Of a stretch of 64,000 bases of DNA, positions 50,957-64,000 are shown in pieces. Under the pieces are notes generated by a model. It was not told the DNA's origin. It searched no databases and saw nothing but the letters and a program-made list of their open reading frames with translations. Origin of the DNA: Eledone cirrhosa (lineage: Eukaryota). The stretch covers positions 14,198,001 through 14,262,000 of the forward strand of contig OZ024754.1 of assembly GCA_964016885.1 (NCBI GenBank), in the 5' to 3' direction. The translations under genes and the position numbers were made by a program. Positions within the stretch are counted from its first letter, which is position 1. Each line of letters opens with the position of its first letter.

Positions 50957-50994
50957 AATATGGTTTTATAAATATAGTTTCCATTTGTTAATAT

Positions 50995-51073
<79 letters not shown>

Positions 51074-51079
<6 letters not shown>

Positions 51080-51236
51080 AAGTATGACCTCGACGGCAGA
51101 GCTCAAGCCGTTTCGACGGCTATTTCTGGACTCTCTCTAGAGCGGGTAAAATTCCTGAGATCCATGGACGAGTTCTCTCCAGTGGAGCCGTCAAAACGGC
51201 TTGAGCTCTGCCGTCGGGGTCATACTTTCTCCTATA
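51074..51236. repeat. Inverted repeat made of hammerhead 3' halves
   Basis: Arms gagaaagtatgacctcgacggcagagctcaagccgtttcgacggct and its complement. Same family as 56943-57125. Confidence 0.75.
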
Positions 51237-51311
51237 ACCCACTCTACTACCCTAAGTATTGAGTACACTGGTGCGTTATGGTCCATCTGGTTCCTTACCA
51301 CAACTCCTCCG

Positions 51312-51379
<68 letters not shown>

Positions 51380-51618
51380 GCATACATACATATATACATA
51401 CATATGGTATGAAGTTCGAACCTACCTAGCGGCCGCTGACCACTTTTTTCCGATGTTCTAAGTGGCGAAGTGGTAGGGTCAGATAGAATGCATTCGTTCC
51501 AGAGCTCTGCACTCTCTGAGTTCAAATCCCACTGAAGTTAACTTAGTTTTTACACCCTTTCAGGTCGAGAAAAGAACTACCTGTCCAGTACTGGAGTCGA
51601 TTCTTTATCGATATCTCT

Positions 51619-53215
51619 TTCTCACTGAGAGCCAGACATTCTCACCAGAGCCAGACATTCTCACCAGAGCCAGACATTCTCACCAGAGCCAGACATTCTC
51701 ACCAGAGCCAGACATTCTCCCCAGAGCCAGACATTCTCACCAGAGCCAGACATTCTCACCAGAGCCAGACATTCTCACCAGAGCCAGACATTCTCACTGA
51801 GAGCCAGACATTCTCACCAGAGCCAGACATTCTCACCAGAGCCAGACATTCTCACTGAGAACCAGACATTCTCACCGAGAGCCAAACATTCTCACCAGAG
51901 CCAGACATTCTCACCAGAGCCAGACATTCTCACCAGAGCCAGATATTCTCACCAGAGCCAGACATTCTCACCAGAGCCAGACATTCTCACCAGAGCCAGA
52001 TATTCTCACCAGAGCCAGACATTCTCACCAGAGCCAGACATTCTCACCAGAGCCAGACATTCTCACTGAGAGCCAGACATTCTCACCAGAGCCAGATATT
52101 CTCACCAGAGCCAGACATTCTCACCAGAGCCAGACATTCTCACCAGAGCCAGACATTCTCACTGAGAGCCAGACATTCTCACCGAGAGCCAAACATTCTC
52201 ACCAGAGCCAGGCATTCTCACCAGAGCCAGACATTCTCACCAGAGCCAGATATTCTCACCAGAGCCAGACATTCTCACCAGAGCCAGATATTCTCACCAG
52301 AGCCAGACATTCTCACCAGAGCCAGACATTCTCACCAGAGCCAGACATTCTCACCAGAGCCAGACATTCTCACCAGAGCCAGACATTCTCACCAGAGCCA
52401 GGCATTCTCACCAGAGCCAGACATTCTCACTGAGAGCCAGACAGTCTCACCAGAGCCAGACATTCACACCAGAACCAGACATTCTCACTGAGAGCCAGAC
52501 ATTCTCACCAGAGCCAGACATTCTCACCAGAGCCAGACATTCTCACTGAGAGCCAGACATTCTCACCAGAGCCAGACATTCTCACCAGAGCCAGACATTC
52601 TCACCAGAGCCAGACATTCTCACTAGAGCCAGACATTCTCACTAGAGCCAGACATTCTCACCAGAGCCAGACATTCTCACCAGAGCCAGACATTCTCACC
52701 AGAGCCAGACATTCTCACCAGAGCCAGACATTCTCACCAGAGCCAGACATTCTCACCAGAGCCAGACATTCTCACCAGAGCCAGACATTCTCACCAGAGC
52801 CAGGCATTCTCACCAGAGCCAGACATTCTCACTGAGAGCCAGACAGTCTCACCAGAGCCAGACATTCACACCAGAACCAGACATTCTCACTGAGAGCCAG
52901 ACATTCTCACCAGAGCCAGACATTCTCACCAGAGCCAGACATTCTCACTGAGAGCCAGACATTCTCACCAGAGCCAGACATTCTCACCAGAGCCAGACAT
53001 TCTCACCAGAGCCAGACATTCTCACTAGAGCCAGACATTCTCACTAGAGCCAGACATTCTCACCAGAGCCAGACATTCTCACCAGAGCCAGACATTCTCA
53101 CCAGAGCCAGACATTCTCACTGAGAGCCAGACATTCTCACTAGAGCCAGACATTCTCACCAGAGCCAGACATTCTCACTGAGAGCCAGACATTCTCACCA
53201 GAGCCAGACATTCAC
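51619..53215. repeat. 19/20-bp minisatellite, about 80 copies
   Basis: Unit agagccagacattctcacc, with an internal 402-bp higher-order duplication. Confidence 0.95.
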
Positions 53216-53948
53216 CTGCTGAAGCCCTAAGCTATAAAAAATTTGAGGCGATAGCGATCCAGCCGGATCAGTTGGAGACGGTTGCTTCTGACAGGATCCG
53301 ATGGAAGGAGATTTTAAGGACTCTGCCTTCGCAACCCTCTCAGGAATAAGTGGACGAAGAAGAAGAAAGAAGAAGAAGATATATAATAAAATAAAAAAAT
53401 ATATTTTAAAAAAACGAGGCCACCGAGGCCATGTGACCCTAAGCTACAGCTTATTAAAGCTTATAGGCAGGTCCAACACTTTCTTTCACCCCTCCTCTTA
53501 TCTTCACTGAAAGAACCCGTCATGTTTAAAATGCCTATGACGACAGCTCCTCTACAACTCCTCTACAACTCCACAAACAGGCTTCCAGATCCATGCATAC
53601 GGGTTACCACACTTTTTGACTCAAGGTGGCCTGGTACATTTAAAAGGAGTGTCTTGGCTATTATACAAACATCTTCTAGTGTTGGATTCTTAGTTAAACA
53701 TAAGTCCAGTAATTTGAGGAGAGAGGGAGGGAATACATTATATTAATCCTAATATTAGACTGCTACTTCATATTATTGACCCCAGGAGGATGAAAGTCAA
53801 AGTTGACCTCGGCGGGGTTTCAACTCAGAACGTAAAGGGCCGTGACTAAATGCCGTTTAGTATTTCATCCGACGCTCAAACGATCCTGCCACCTATTAAT
53901 GCGGCCATTCATTCATATGTGAATTCCCCCACCCACACACCAGCACGC

Positions 53949-53998
<50 letters not shown>

Positions 53999-54030
53999 GC
54001 ATATATACATATATTCTTATCTCTCTCAGT

Positions 54031-54064
<34 letters not shown>

Positions 54065-54066
54065 TC

Positions 54067-54132
<66 letters not shown>

Positions 54133-54220
54133 TATATGTTTATAAGAATGTTTGTATGTATGTATGTGTCTGTGTGTATGTATGTGATCATATGTATATA
54201 TGTATATATGTATCTGTGTT

Positions 54221-54314
<94 letters not shown>

Positions 54315-54475
54315 TGTGTGTGCGCACATACATATCAAGCATTTTAAAACATAAATATGAATCTAAATCAAAATACACACACTCACACACACATACACAC
54401 ACACACACACACACAAACACATACACACACACACAGACACATACACACACAAACACAGACACACACAGACACACA

Positions 54476-54509
<34 letters not shown>

Positions 54510-54849
54510 GTTTGGCTAATGGCCTACGTTTACCATTATACACCGTTGGGTTTCCAGGTGGAAGAGGGTGGGGAAGGTGGAATGGAAAAGGAAGATGAAG
54601 TGAATATAAAATTAAAAAGTAAAATAACGGAATATCAAAAATAAAAGAATGAAATAAAAGCAAAGAATAAGAAAAGAAAAGAAAAGAAAAAAAAGAAAAA
54701 AAAGAAGAAAAAAGACGAAAGGAAGAGCCTTGAATATATATTCGGCTATAGGTCGTTCTAATCCGGACATAGCCTGCCAATCCTGCATTCCAATGAGAGA
54801 AGAAGTGTAAGAATTCCATAGAATTTGGTATGTTAGTAGCAGTAGTGTT

Positions 54850-54884
<35 letters not shown>

Positions 54885-55292
54885 GAAGAAGAAGATGAAA
54901 AGGGAAAAGAAGAAGAGGAGAAGAAGAAGAAGAATGAGATGAAGAAGAAAAAGAAGGAGGAGAAGAAGAAGAAGAAGAAGAAGAAGAAGAAGAAGAAGAA
55001 GAAGAAGAAGAAGAAGAATGAGAAGAAGAATGAGAAGAAGAAGATAAAAAGGTGGAGGAGAAGAAGAAGAATGAGATGAAGAAGAAAAAGAAGGAGGAGA
55101 AGAAGAAGAAGAAGAAGAAGAAGAAGAATGAGAAGAAGAAGATAAAAAGGAGGAGGAGAAGAATGAGAAGGAGGAGGAGAAGAAGAAGAAGAAGAAGAAG
55201 AAGAAGAAGAAGAAGAAGAATGAGAAGAAAAAGAAGGAGAAGAAGAAGAAGAAGAAGAAGAACAACAACAACAACAACAATAACAATAATAA
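54850..55292. repeat. Compound (AAT)n/(GAA)n/(CAA)n microsatellite
   Basis: Directly visible. Confidence 0.9.
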
Positions 55293-56713
55293 GTTGAAGT
55301 AGTAAAGACTTCAGCTGTGGAAAAAAAGTAGCTGTGTATCTGGCAATGTTTGATGAGTGATGTAGAAGTGAAAGTTGTAGAGAGTAAAAACATTTGGTAT
55401 TGGGATTGTTTCTCATTTTGTAGCTCCTTTACAATATGGTTGAAGTGGAACTGGGTTGGGTGGAGCAGAATACTCCCAGGGAGAATTCTGTATTCTAAAT
55501 ATATACGTGACAGGATTGAAAGACTTCGATTAACTCAGATTAGTTAGTCATGTTAAGTATTAAAGAAAAATTCCTCCCCATCCCTTATAGACGTTTAAAA
55601 TAAAAAAAAAATAACAAACAAAGGGAAATAAATCCAATAATATTAGCAAATCGAAATTTTTGGAAAATAAAGACGGCGTAGAGTGTGATATTACGGAGAT
55701 ATATTTAGCTGCTTTTTCAGACCAGATGGACGACCACGTAGAGAGTTCCTCAATTTTCCTCCTACAATTTTCCAGCAGAAATTCCGAGCTTCATTTGTAT
55801 GGATTCAGCTGTGACATAACAAGTGAGCTTCTATGCAGTCATCGACCTTCTAGAAACAGAAGCCAACTCCTCTTCAAATTAATCTACTGTCGTCAAAAAA
55901 GGAAGGACGCATTGGATTATATAGTCTTGAGATTCACTATCCGAAAAAAGCCCCCAAAACTGGAGGGACACAGGTGACTAATTGGCCCCACGAGGAAATC
56001 TCCGTTGCTATAATGACTTCTACTTAAATCGACTCAATTAACTGAGAGTCAATTTAATCCTACCGAGGTCAACTTTGCCCTTCATCAAGATGGATAAAAG
56101 GCAAAGATGACTTCGGCAGGATTTTGACCCAGAACGTAAAGGACCGGAACAGATACCGGCGCTCTAACAACTTTGCCAACTCACCACATTTCAGCATTGC
56201 TATAATGTGATGCAATTCCTTCAGCATAGTATCATACTATCCGTTTATTACAGTAATCATTTAAAAAATAATAAGAAAAACCTTTAACATTACATCTAGA
56301 GTCATGACTAAAATAGTCAAAGGTTTGATTTGTATTTATTTATCAGGTGGATGGGGTAGGTAAAGGTGTCCTGCTTTATTCGATTAAATTCCATTGTGAT
56401 TAAAGGAGAAGTACATTAATTAGAAGGTGAGATCATCAGGTATTGTAGGCGAACATAACAAACAGCCGGACCTAGGTCTATTTCTGCTATCTGCATTGGA
56501 TGATACCTTCACTCGGTTAGTCATCGTTTCACCTGATCATGTGATTAGCAACATAACTACAGAGGCACTCATCTACATCAACACACACACACACACACAT
56601 ACACATATATATATTCACTCACATATATATGTATGCATATATATATATATTGTTATACTTGGGGAGGGTCATATTTGTGTAATATTGCCAGAATTAATAA
56701 CAGAACACACTCA

Positions 56714-56748
<35 letters not shown>

Positions 56749-56777
56749 ATAGATAAATAAATAAATAAATAGATAGA

Positions 56778-56812
<35 letters not shown>

Positions 56813-56942
56813 ATAGATAAATAAATAAGTACATACACAAGCACAATAACAACAAACACATATAAACACACACTAGTAAAGATAGAATACATAGAATACA
56901 TAGAATACATAGAATACAATCACGAACACACATCAAACAAAA

Positions 56943-57021
56943 CACGGCAGAGCTCAAGCCGTTTCGACGGCTATTTCTGGACTCCAGAAATAGCCGTCGA
57001 AACGGCTTGAGCTCTGCCGTC
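56943..57021. repeat. Perfect palindrome (38-bp arms, 1-nt loop) made of hammerhead 3' halves
   Basis: acggcagagctcaagccgtttcgacggctatttctgga c tccagaaatagccgtcGAAACGGCttgagctctGCCGTC. Confidence 0.85.
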
Positions 57022-57188
57022 GGGGTCATACTTTTTCCTATTTCCCACTCTACTACTACCCTAAGTATTGAGTACTCTGGTGCGTTTATGGTCCATCTGG
57101 TTTCTTACCACTCTTCCTTCGTTATATATATATATATATATATATACATGCACTCATATATATGTATGTGTGTATATATATATATATG

Positions 57189-57292
<104 letters not shown>

Positions 57293-57333
57293 GAAACAGT
57301 TCTAGTCCTGTAGAATCTCATCTATATATATTA

Positions 57334-57497
<164 letters not shown>

Positions 57498-57566
57498 TAA
57501 TATATATAGATGAGATTCTACAGGACTAGAACTGTTTCATTCTTTAGAAATCATCAGGAATCTCCT

Positions 57567-57615
57567 GATTCCTGATGATTTCTAAAGAATGAAACAGTTC
57601 TAGTCCTGTAGAATC
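57567..57615 (+). ncRNA. Type-I hammerhead ribozyme (identical inverted copy on the minus strand at 57514-57562)
   Basis: gattc CTGATGA t ttc-taaa-gaa t GAAACAG-ttctagtc-CTGTA gaatc. Cleavage predicted after GUA at 57610. Confidence 0.85.
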
Positions 57616-57708
57616 TCATCTATATTAAAACTTTTATACTCTGCAATGTATTGAGTACCTTACTTACTGTGGTTACCTCCGATTCAACCCGGAATAACGT
57701 ACTATATA

Positions 57709-57774
<66 letters not shown>

Positions 57775-58085
57775 CAGTCACATACACGCACACACACATA
57801 TACAGACATACATTTACGCAGACACACACACACACACGCAAACAAACGGATAGGAATAGGTTCCGAGAAGTTCACGATGGTTGAATACCCCCCTCCCTTC
57901 ACTTCTCTTTCATGGTCTTGAAATATCGGTAACGCCAGCACTTCATCTAACACAGAACTAGAATAAGATATGCAAACACACACACTTACAAACACTCATT
58001 TTCTTGTACGCACACATATACACACACACACACACACACTACATACAGATGCATATATGTATATATATATAAATATATATATATG

Positions 58086-58238
<153 letters not shown>

Positions 58239-58597
58239 TAAAATAATTATATTTATTTGGTTCCTTTACCGGTTTCGCAGTTCTTCTGCTTTTCAAAAGT
58301 AGAGTTGAGATGGAGGGTCTGTGGTTTTTCAAAAAAAAAAAAAAAGCTTTCTTGTTTTTTAAGTAAAAAGAAATTCAAACCCTCATATATGAAAAAACAA
58401 CCTGAGCCCCCCCCCCCTCTTGTTTGAAGAACTTTGTAACGCGAATTGGCGCGAAATTTATTATAATTATTGACCAACCAATCAAATTACTTCTCTAAAA
58501 ACCTGGCATTTCGAGCCACTTTTTTCCATATAAAACAAGTAACATTCAAAGACCAACCAGATGTGAGAAAAACCACAGACCCTCCATCTCAACTCTA

Positions 58598-58633
58598 CTT
58601 TTGAAAAGCAGAAGAACTGCGAAACCGGTAAAG
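58598..58633 (+). ncRNA. Minimal hammerhead with U3-A8 core (inverted copy on the minus strand at 58264-58299)
   Basis: ctt TTGAAAA gcag-aagaa-ctgc GAAAC CG GTA aag, inside a perfect inverted repeat of about 82 bp (58248-58330 / 58567-58648). Confidence 0.7.
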
Positions 58634-58763
58634 GAACCAAATAAATATATATATTTTTTAAAAATAAGACTCCAGTTGCATTTTCGATTTCATCTCCTTT
58701 TCTTTATACTTTCACTCGTGTAGGACACTTCGGTTATTTTTCATTTTGTAAAAAAAACCTCAC

Positions 58764-58894
<131 letters not shown>

Positions 58895-59010
58895 GAGAGA
58901 AAGAGAGGTAGAATACTGGGAGGTTATATCCGTAGTAAGTAGAGCACTCAGTTCATAGGACGGTAGTTCCACAACATATTAGATGGTTTGCTAATATGCT
59001 GTGGAACTTA

Positions 59011-59096
<86 letters not shown>

Positions 59097-59551
59097 TAAG
59101 GAAAACCATGTGCGTTAAACAGTCTTTTTAAATATTTTGAAGTGAAACATACCAATTGTTCAGGGTACATGCTGAGGAGAGCTGAACGGGGTATTCTTTT
59201 TCACTTTTTCATTTCGAAACTTATTTGGATTTTGAAGTTTAAACTTATCTACGGAACAGGTTTGATTTTGAAATTTAAATTTGTCCAAGTACCACGGCCA
59301 TTTGCCAATATCGTTTGTTTTTATTGATTTATTATTTTAAATCGAGACAGGCAAACTGTATTATTATAATTAGTATTTTTCAATCTAGCTAACTTAGTCA
59401 TTTACAATACAAACACTTATATGTTGGTATTTGTGTTTTATCATAAATATTAATTTATATTAACTTGTATTACACGGCTCAGAAATACTTCTTTCTTTGA
59501 GTTATTTCATTGTAAAGGACTGCTTCAGTTTAGAACTCATTATTCTTAGTA

Positions 59552-59601
<50 letters not shown>

Positions 59602-59689
59602 TAATAATAATGGTTGGACGATTTGATAAACAGAGTGTAATATAATAATACAAGGATGATTTGTTAAACCTTCATTACGTTTATTGATT

Positions 59690-59774
59690 GGTGACGCGCG
59701 TTTCACTATTGACCAGCTCAAGGTCCGATCCGTAGCGATCTGACCCGACTCTGGAATCAAAAGCTCGTCAGACC
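59690..59774 (-). ncRNA. Hammerhead with extended stem II (inverted copy on the + strand at 59798-59882)
   Basis: ggt CTGACGA [60-nt stem II] GAAAC GCGC GTC acc, within the foldback 59627-59945 (about 150-bp arms). Confidence 0.8.
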
Positions 59775-60028
59775 TCTGCTGTTGTAATGATAGCACAGGC
59801 CTGACGAGCTTTTGATTCCAGAGTCGGGCCAGATCGCTACGGATCGGACCTTGAGCTGGTCAATAGTGAAACGCGCGTCACCAATCAATAAATGTAATGA
59901 AGGCTTAACAAATCATCCTTGTATTATTATATTACACTCTGTTTAGCTCTACATCTCGCCACTGACATGAACCTAAACATCGAGTACTCACCTGGGAGAA
60001 ACCACAGTAACTTCACGTTACACACCCT

Positions 60029-60100
<72 letters not shown>

Positions 60101-60504
60101 GTGTTCCTGGCATTGATTAACTCCTCAGTGACTTAACTAGATGGTGTAGGACAGAACAAAGGAAGGACACAAAATAACAAATTAGTCACCGAAGCGGTCA
60201 CAGAATGTGTGACGAAAGAGTTTTAACAATAAATACACAGCCATCCGGTTATTAAACAAAGCAAATGGAAAATTGTAATAATATGGGTGCGGGTGTTTTT
60301 ATTGGCAGCATGACCCCCCCTAAAGTATAATAATATCTGTATCAACACACGTTTTCAGATTAGAAACTTTGCAAAAGAAATAGAAAAATGAAGTATACAC
60401 ACACACAACACATACACACTCACACACACTCACTCAGACATACACTCACGCACGCACACACACACACACTCACACACACTCACTCACACACACACTCACG
60501 CACA

Positions 60505-60580
60505 CACACATACACACACACATATATATATATATGTACTTACCAATGAAAACAAAAGGCAAACTCCAGTGTCTAAAAAG

Positions 60581-60619
<39 letters not shown>

Positions 60620-60779
60620 TTGGCCTTATAATATCGAGAGTAGTAAGAGAGTGTTACATAACTACGATCGATTAATCGATTAGTCACTAGATCGATTCTG
60701 AATCGACCGTGAAACAATGAACTTTTTAGGCACTGGAGTTTGCCTTTTGTTTTCATTGGTAAGTATATATATATATATA

Positions 60780-60800
<21 letters not shown>
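60505..60800. repeat. Inverted repeat with about 50-bp unique arms extending into microsatellite
   Basis: tacttaccaatgaaaacaaaaggcaaactccagtgtctaaaaagttcat and its complement at 60717-60767. Confidence 0.8.
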
Positions 60801-60825
<25 letters not shown>

Positions 60826-60828
60826 CAT

Positions 60829-60884
<56 letters not shown>

Positions 60885-60933
60885 ATGTATATATATATAT
60901 ATATGTGTGTGTATATATATATATATGTATATA

Positions 60934-61040
<107 letters not shown>

Positions 61041-61196
61041 GTAGAGCAATATATTTATTATTAGTACAGATTAAAGTTTAAACAAAGAATCGCTGCTTTC
61101 ACCATATTACGGGGTTTTCAGATCTCGCAAAAGGGTGAAAGCAGCGAGTCTTTGCTTAAACCTTAATCTGTACTACTAATATATATATATATATGT

Positions 61197-61227
<31 letters not shown>

Positions 61228-61536
61228 GTAATAATAATAAATTTGAAGACTAAAATCCAAAGAGGGCTCGATAAGGATAAATGTATATCAAATATATAAG
61301 AACCGTAGAGCAAAAATTTATTAAAATAACAGATTAAAGTTTAAGCATTGATATATATATATATATATATATATACAAATATATTATACAAAGAGAAGTG
61401 TGTTACACAGTGAGATGTGTGTAAAGAATTATTACAAGTGAGTTTTACTGTTACTGTATAGAAAACAATATCTACAGGTTTAGCAATTAAATAGAAAAAA
61501 ACTAAGTCAGAATTAAATCTCTGAAGTACATTTTTA

Positions 61537-61605
<69 letters not shown>

Positions 61606-61606
61606 C

Positions 61607-61838
<232 letters not shown>

Positions 61839-61910
61839 AAATATTTAAAAAAAAAAAAAAATAATGAATAAAACAATGAAACAGTTCCTTATATTAAACA
61901 AAAAAAGTTC

Positions 61911-62058
61911 ATTATTTAACGATCGTTTCTAGGATATATATGTGTTAGAATTGGCATGCATATTCAACAGATCTATGTACAAAATTATACAAAATTATAC
62001 AAACTATCAAAATTAAATATACATACCAACACATATATATGCCGTCTTCAGAAATAAT
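61911..62058 (-). ncRNA. Hammerhead with very long stem II (inverted copy on the + strand at about 62060-62203)
   Basis: attattt CTGAAGA [about 115 nt closed by ggcatatatatgtgttgg/ctaacacatatatatcc] GAAAC GATC GTT aaataat, within the palindrome 61853-62260 (about 200-bp arms, 5-nt spacer). Confidence 0.75.
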
Positions 62059-62400
62059 CTTTCTGAAGACGGCATATATATGTGTTGGTATGTATATTTA
62101 ATTTTGATAGTTTGTATAATTTTGTATAATTTTGTACATGGATCTGTTGAATATGCATGCCAATTCTAACACATATATATCCTAGAAACGATCGTTAAAT
62201 AATGAACTTTTTTTGTTTAATATAAGGAACTGTTTCATTGTTTTATTCATTATTTTTTTAATATTTTATCTTGACTCTGTATTCCGTTTATCTTTCACCG
62301 AAAGTGATTTTTCATTGCATCTCTTCTTTCCATGATATCCGGATTACATTGAGTTCTTCATACTGATTGGACACTACCGTAAACTCTTGGTAGATTTATC

Positions 62401-62473
<73 letters not shown>

Positions 62474-62514
62474 ATGATATTAATAAATGGAAACTATATT
62501 TATAAAACCTTATT

Positions 62515-62575
62515 TATTCTATTATATATATTTCAAGGGTATCAAAAGTTTGGTGCGCTCTCATCAGATAAAATA
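62515..62575 (-). ncRNA. Type-I hammerhead, same family as 50892-50956
   Basis: tattttat CTGATGA gagcgcacca…tgataccctt GAAAT ATAT ATA atagaata. Confidence 0.75.
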
Positions 62576-62659
62576 CAAAGTTTGTTTTATAAATATTGAC
62601 ATATCCAGGAAGGAGATCTTAACGGTTCAAATTTTTCCTGGATATCCATTTTGCTTATA

Positions 62660-62696
<37 letters not shown>

Positions 62697-62702
<6 letters not shown>

Positions 62703-64000
62703 TTAGAAACACACAGATACATGCGGACACACACATATATACATGAATGCATCCGCACCCAACTGTGAGTTAAGGGTGCCAACTTCACCGATGTTGCTCA
62801 ATGAATGACTGGGACAGACCAATTCAGTTTGAACCAGACTGAACCAGTATCAGAGTTAAAAATACATTATGAAGAGAGAAGAAACATTTAGATATAATTA
62901 GTAATAAAATGTATCATACCTAAACTGTTCCTAAATTCCTCGACTACGTAGTTTCGTGGCATAAACAAAAACAATATATCAAAGATATAGAGTCCTTGCG
63001 AGGTCTGCCGACTTATCAAGAGGATACCTCATTTTACTAGTCTCAAGAACGCGTCTACACGACGTGAGAAAGAATCCCAAAAGGCGGAGGGGGAGATAGT
63101 CACGCGATATAACGGTCGAGAAACAGAGCTAAGCCTCTTATAACCACGAAAAAAATACCACGGAGGCGGAGGGGGTATTCATATCGAGGCCGTAGAAGAG
63201 GTAGTGAAGAAGGCGAGAAGTATGAGTAATGGAAGCTTTCCAGTTGTCCCCACACTTCAAAGATTTCTCGACCAGATGCATTCATGTATATATGTGTGTG
63301 TCCGCATGTATCTGTGTGTTTCTAAATGTATTAATAACTCCCTCTGGTCGAGAAATCTTTGAAGTGTGGGGACAACTGGAAAGCTTCCATTACTCATACT
63401 TCTCGCCTTCTTCACTACCTCTTCTACGGCCTCGATATGAATACCCCCTCCGCCTCCGTGGTATTTTTTTCGTGGTTATAAGAGGCTTAGCTCTGTTTCT
63501 CGACCGTTATATCGCGTGACTATCTCCCCCTCCGCCTTTTGGGATTCTTTCTCACGTCGTGTAGACGCGTTCTTGAGACTAGTAAAATGAGGTATCCTCT
63601 TGATAAGTCGGCAGACCTCGCAAGGACTCTATATCTTTGATATATTGTTTTTGTTTATGCCACGAAACTACGTAGTCGAGGAATTTAGGAACAGTTTAGG
63701 TATGATACATTTTATTACTAATTATATCTAAATGTTTCTTCTCTCTTCATAATGTATTTTTAACTCTGATACTGGTTCAGTCTGGTTCAAACTGAATTGG
63801 TCTGTCCCAGTCATTCATTGAGCAACATCGGTGAAGTTGGCACCCTTAACTCACAGTTGGGTGCGGATGCATTCATGTATATATGTGTGTGTCCGCATGT
63901 ATCTGTGTGTTTCTAAATGTATTAATAACTCCCTCTGGTCGAGAAATCTTTGAAGTGTGGGGACAACTGGAAAGCTTCCATTACTCATACTTCTCGCCTT
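62697..64000. mobile_element. Young Penelope pseudo-LTR/retrozyme-like element: 580-bp inverted arm plus 591-bp tandem unit
   Basis: 62697-63276 is the reverse complement of 63343-63922. 63275 onward repeats directly at 63866 onward. The left end abuts (TA)n. Confidence 0.75.
63595..63682 (+). ncRNA. Hammerhead with U3-A8 core and extended stem II (inverted copy on the minus strand at 62937-63024)
   Basis: tcctc TTGATAA gtcggca…tgccac GAAACT-ACGT-AGTC gagga. 5-bp stem I; GUC site at 63677. Confidence 0.78.

Noticed and set aside
59172-59245. CTGAGGA…GAAAC candidate hammerhead
   Set aside because: No convincing stem I or stem II pairing.

Overview
Eukaryotic, AT-rich, microsatellite-dense animal DNA, most likely a cephalopod (inferred from a close squid-DFPase-like gene and an abundant octopus-type tRNA-derived SINE). 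All genes are on the minus strand. (1) The first two coding exons of a DFPase/SMP-30 family gene (5826-5999 and 1-95; the gene runs off the window). (2) A complete spliced dihydrofolate reductase gene (10929-19353) with vertebrate-like exon sizes, two duplicated alternative first exons, and a 60-bp tandem array that multiplies the exon-4 splice donor in frame. (3) Two intact, near-identical Tx1/L1-clade LINEs in tandem (6300-bp period), each preceded by an identical SINE. The rest is degenerate CR1, RTE and R4-like LINE pieces, hAT and piggyBac-like MITEs, SINEs, and satellites (27, 44 and 19 bp). The main hidden signal is a set of about ten unrelated non-coding repeat families, each carrying a type-I hammerhead ribozyme core (CTGANGA...GAAA...NTH). 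Many occur as outward-facing inverted pairs embedded in (TA)n, as expected for Penelope-like pseudo-LTRs or retrozymes. Two families carry the compensatory U3-A8 core variant and several have greatly extended stem II. All coordinates and counts were obtained by eye.
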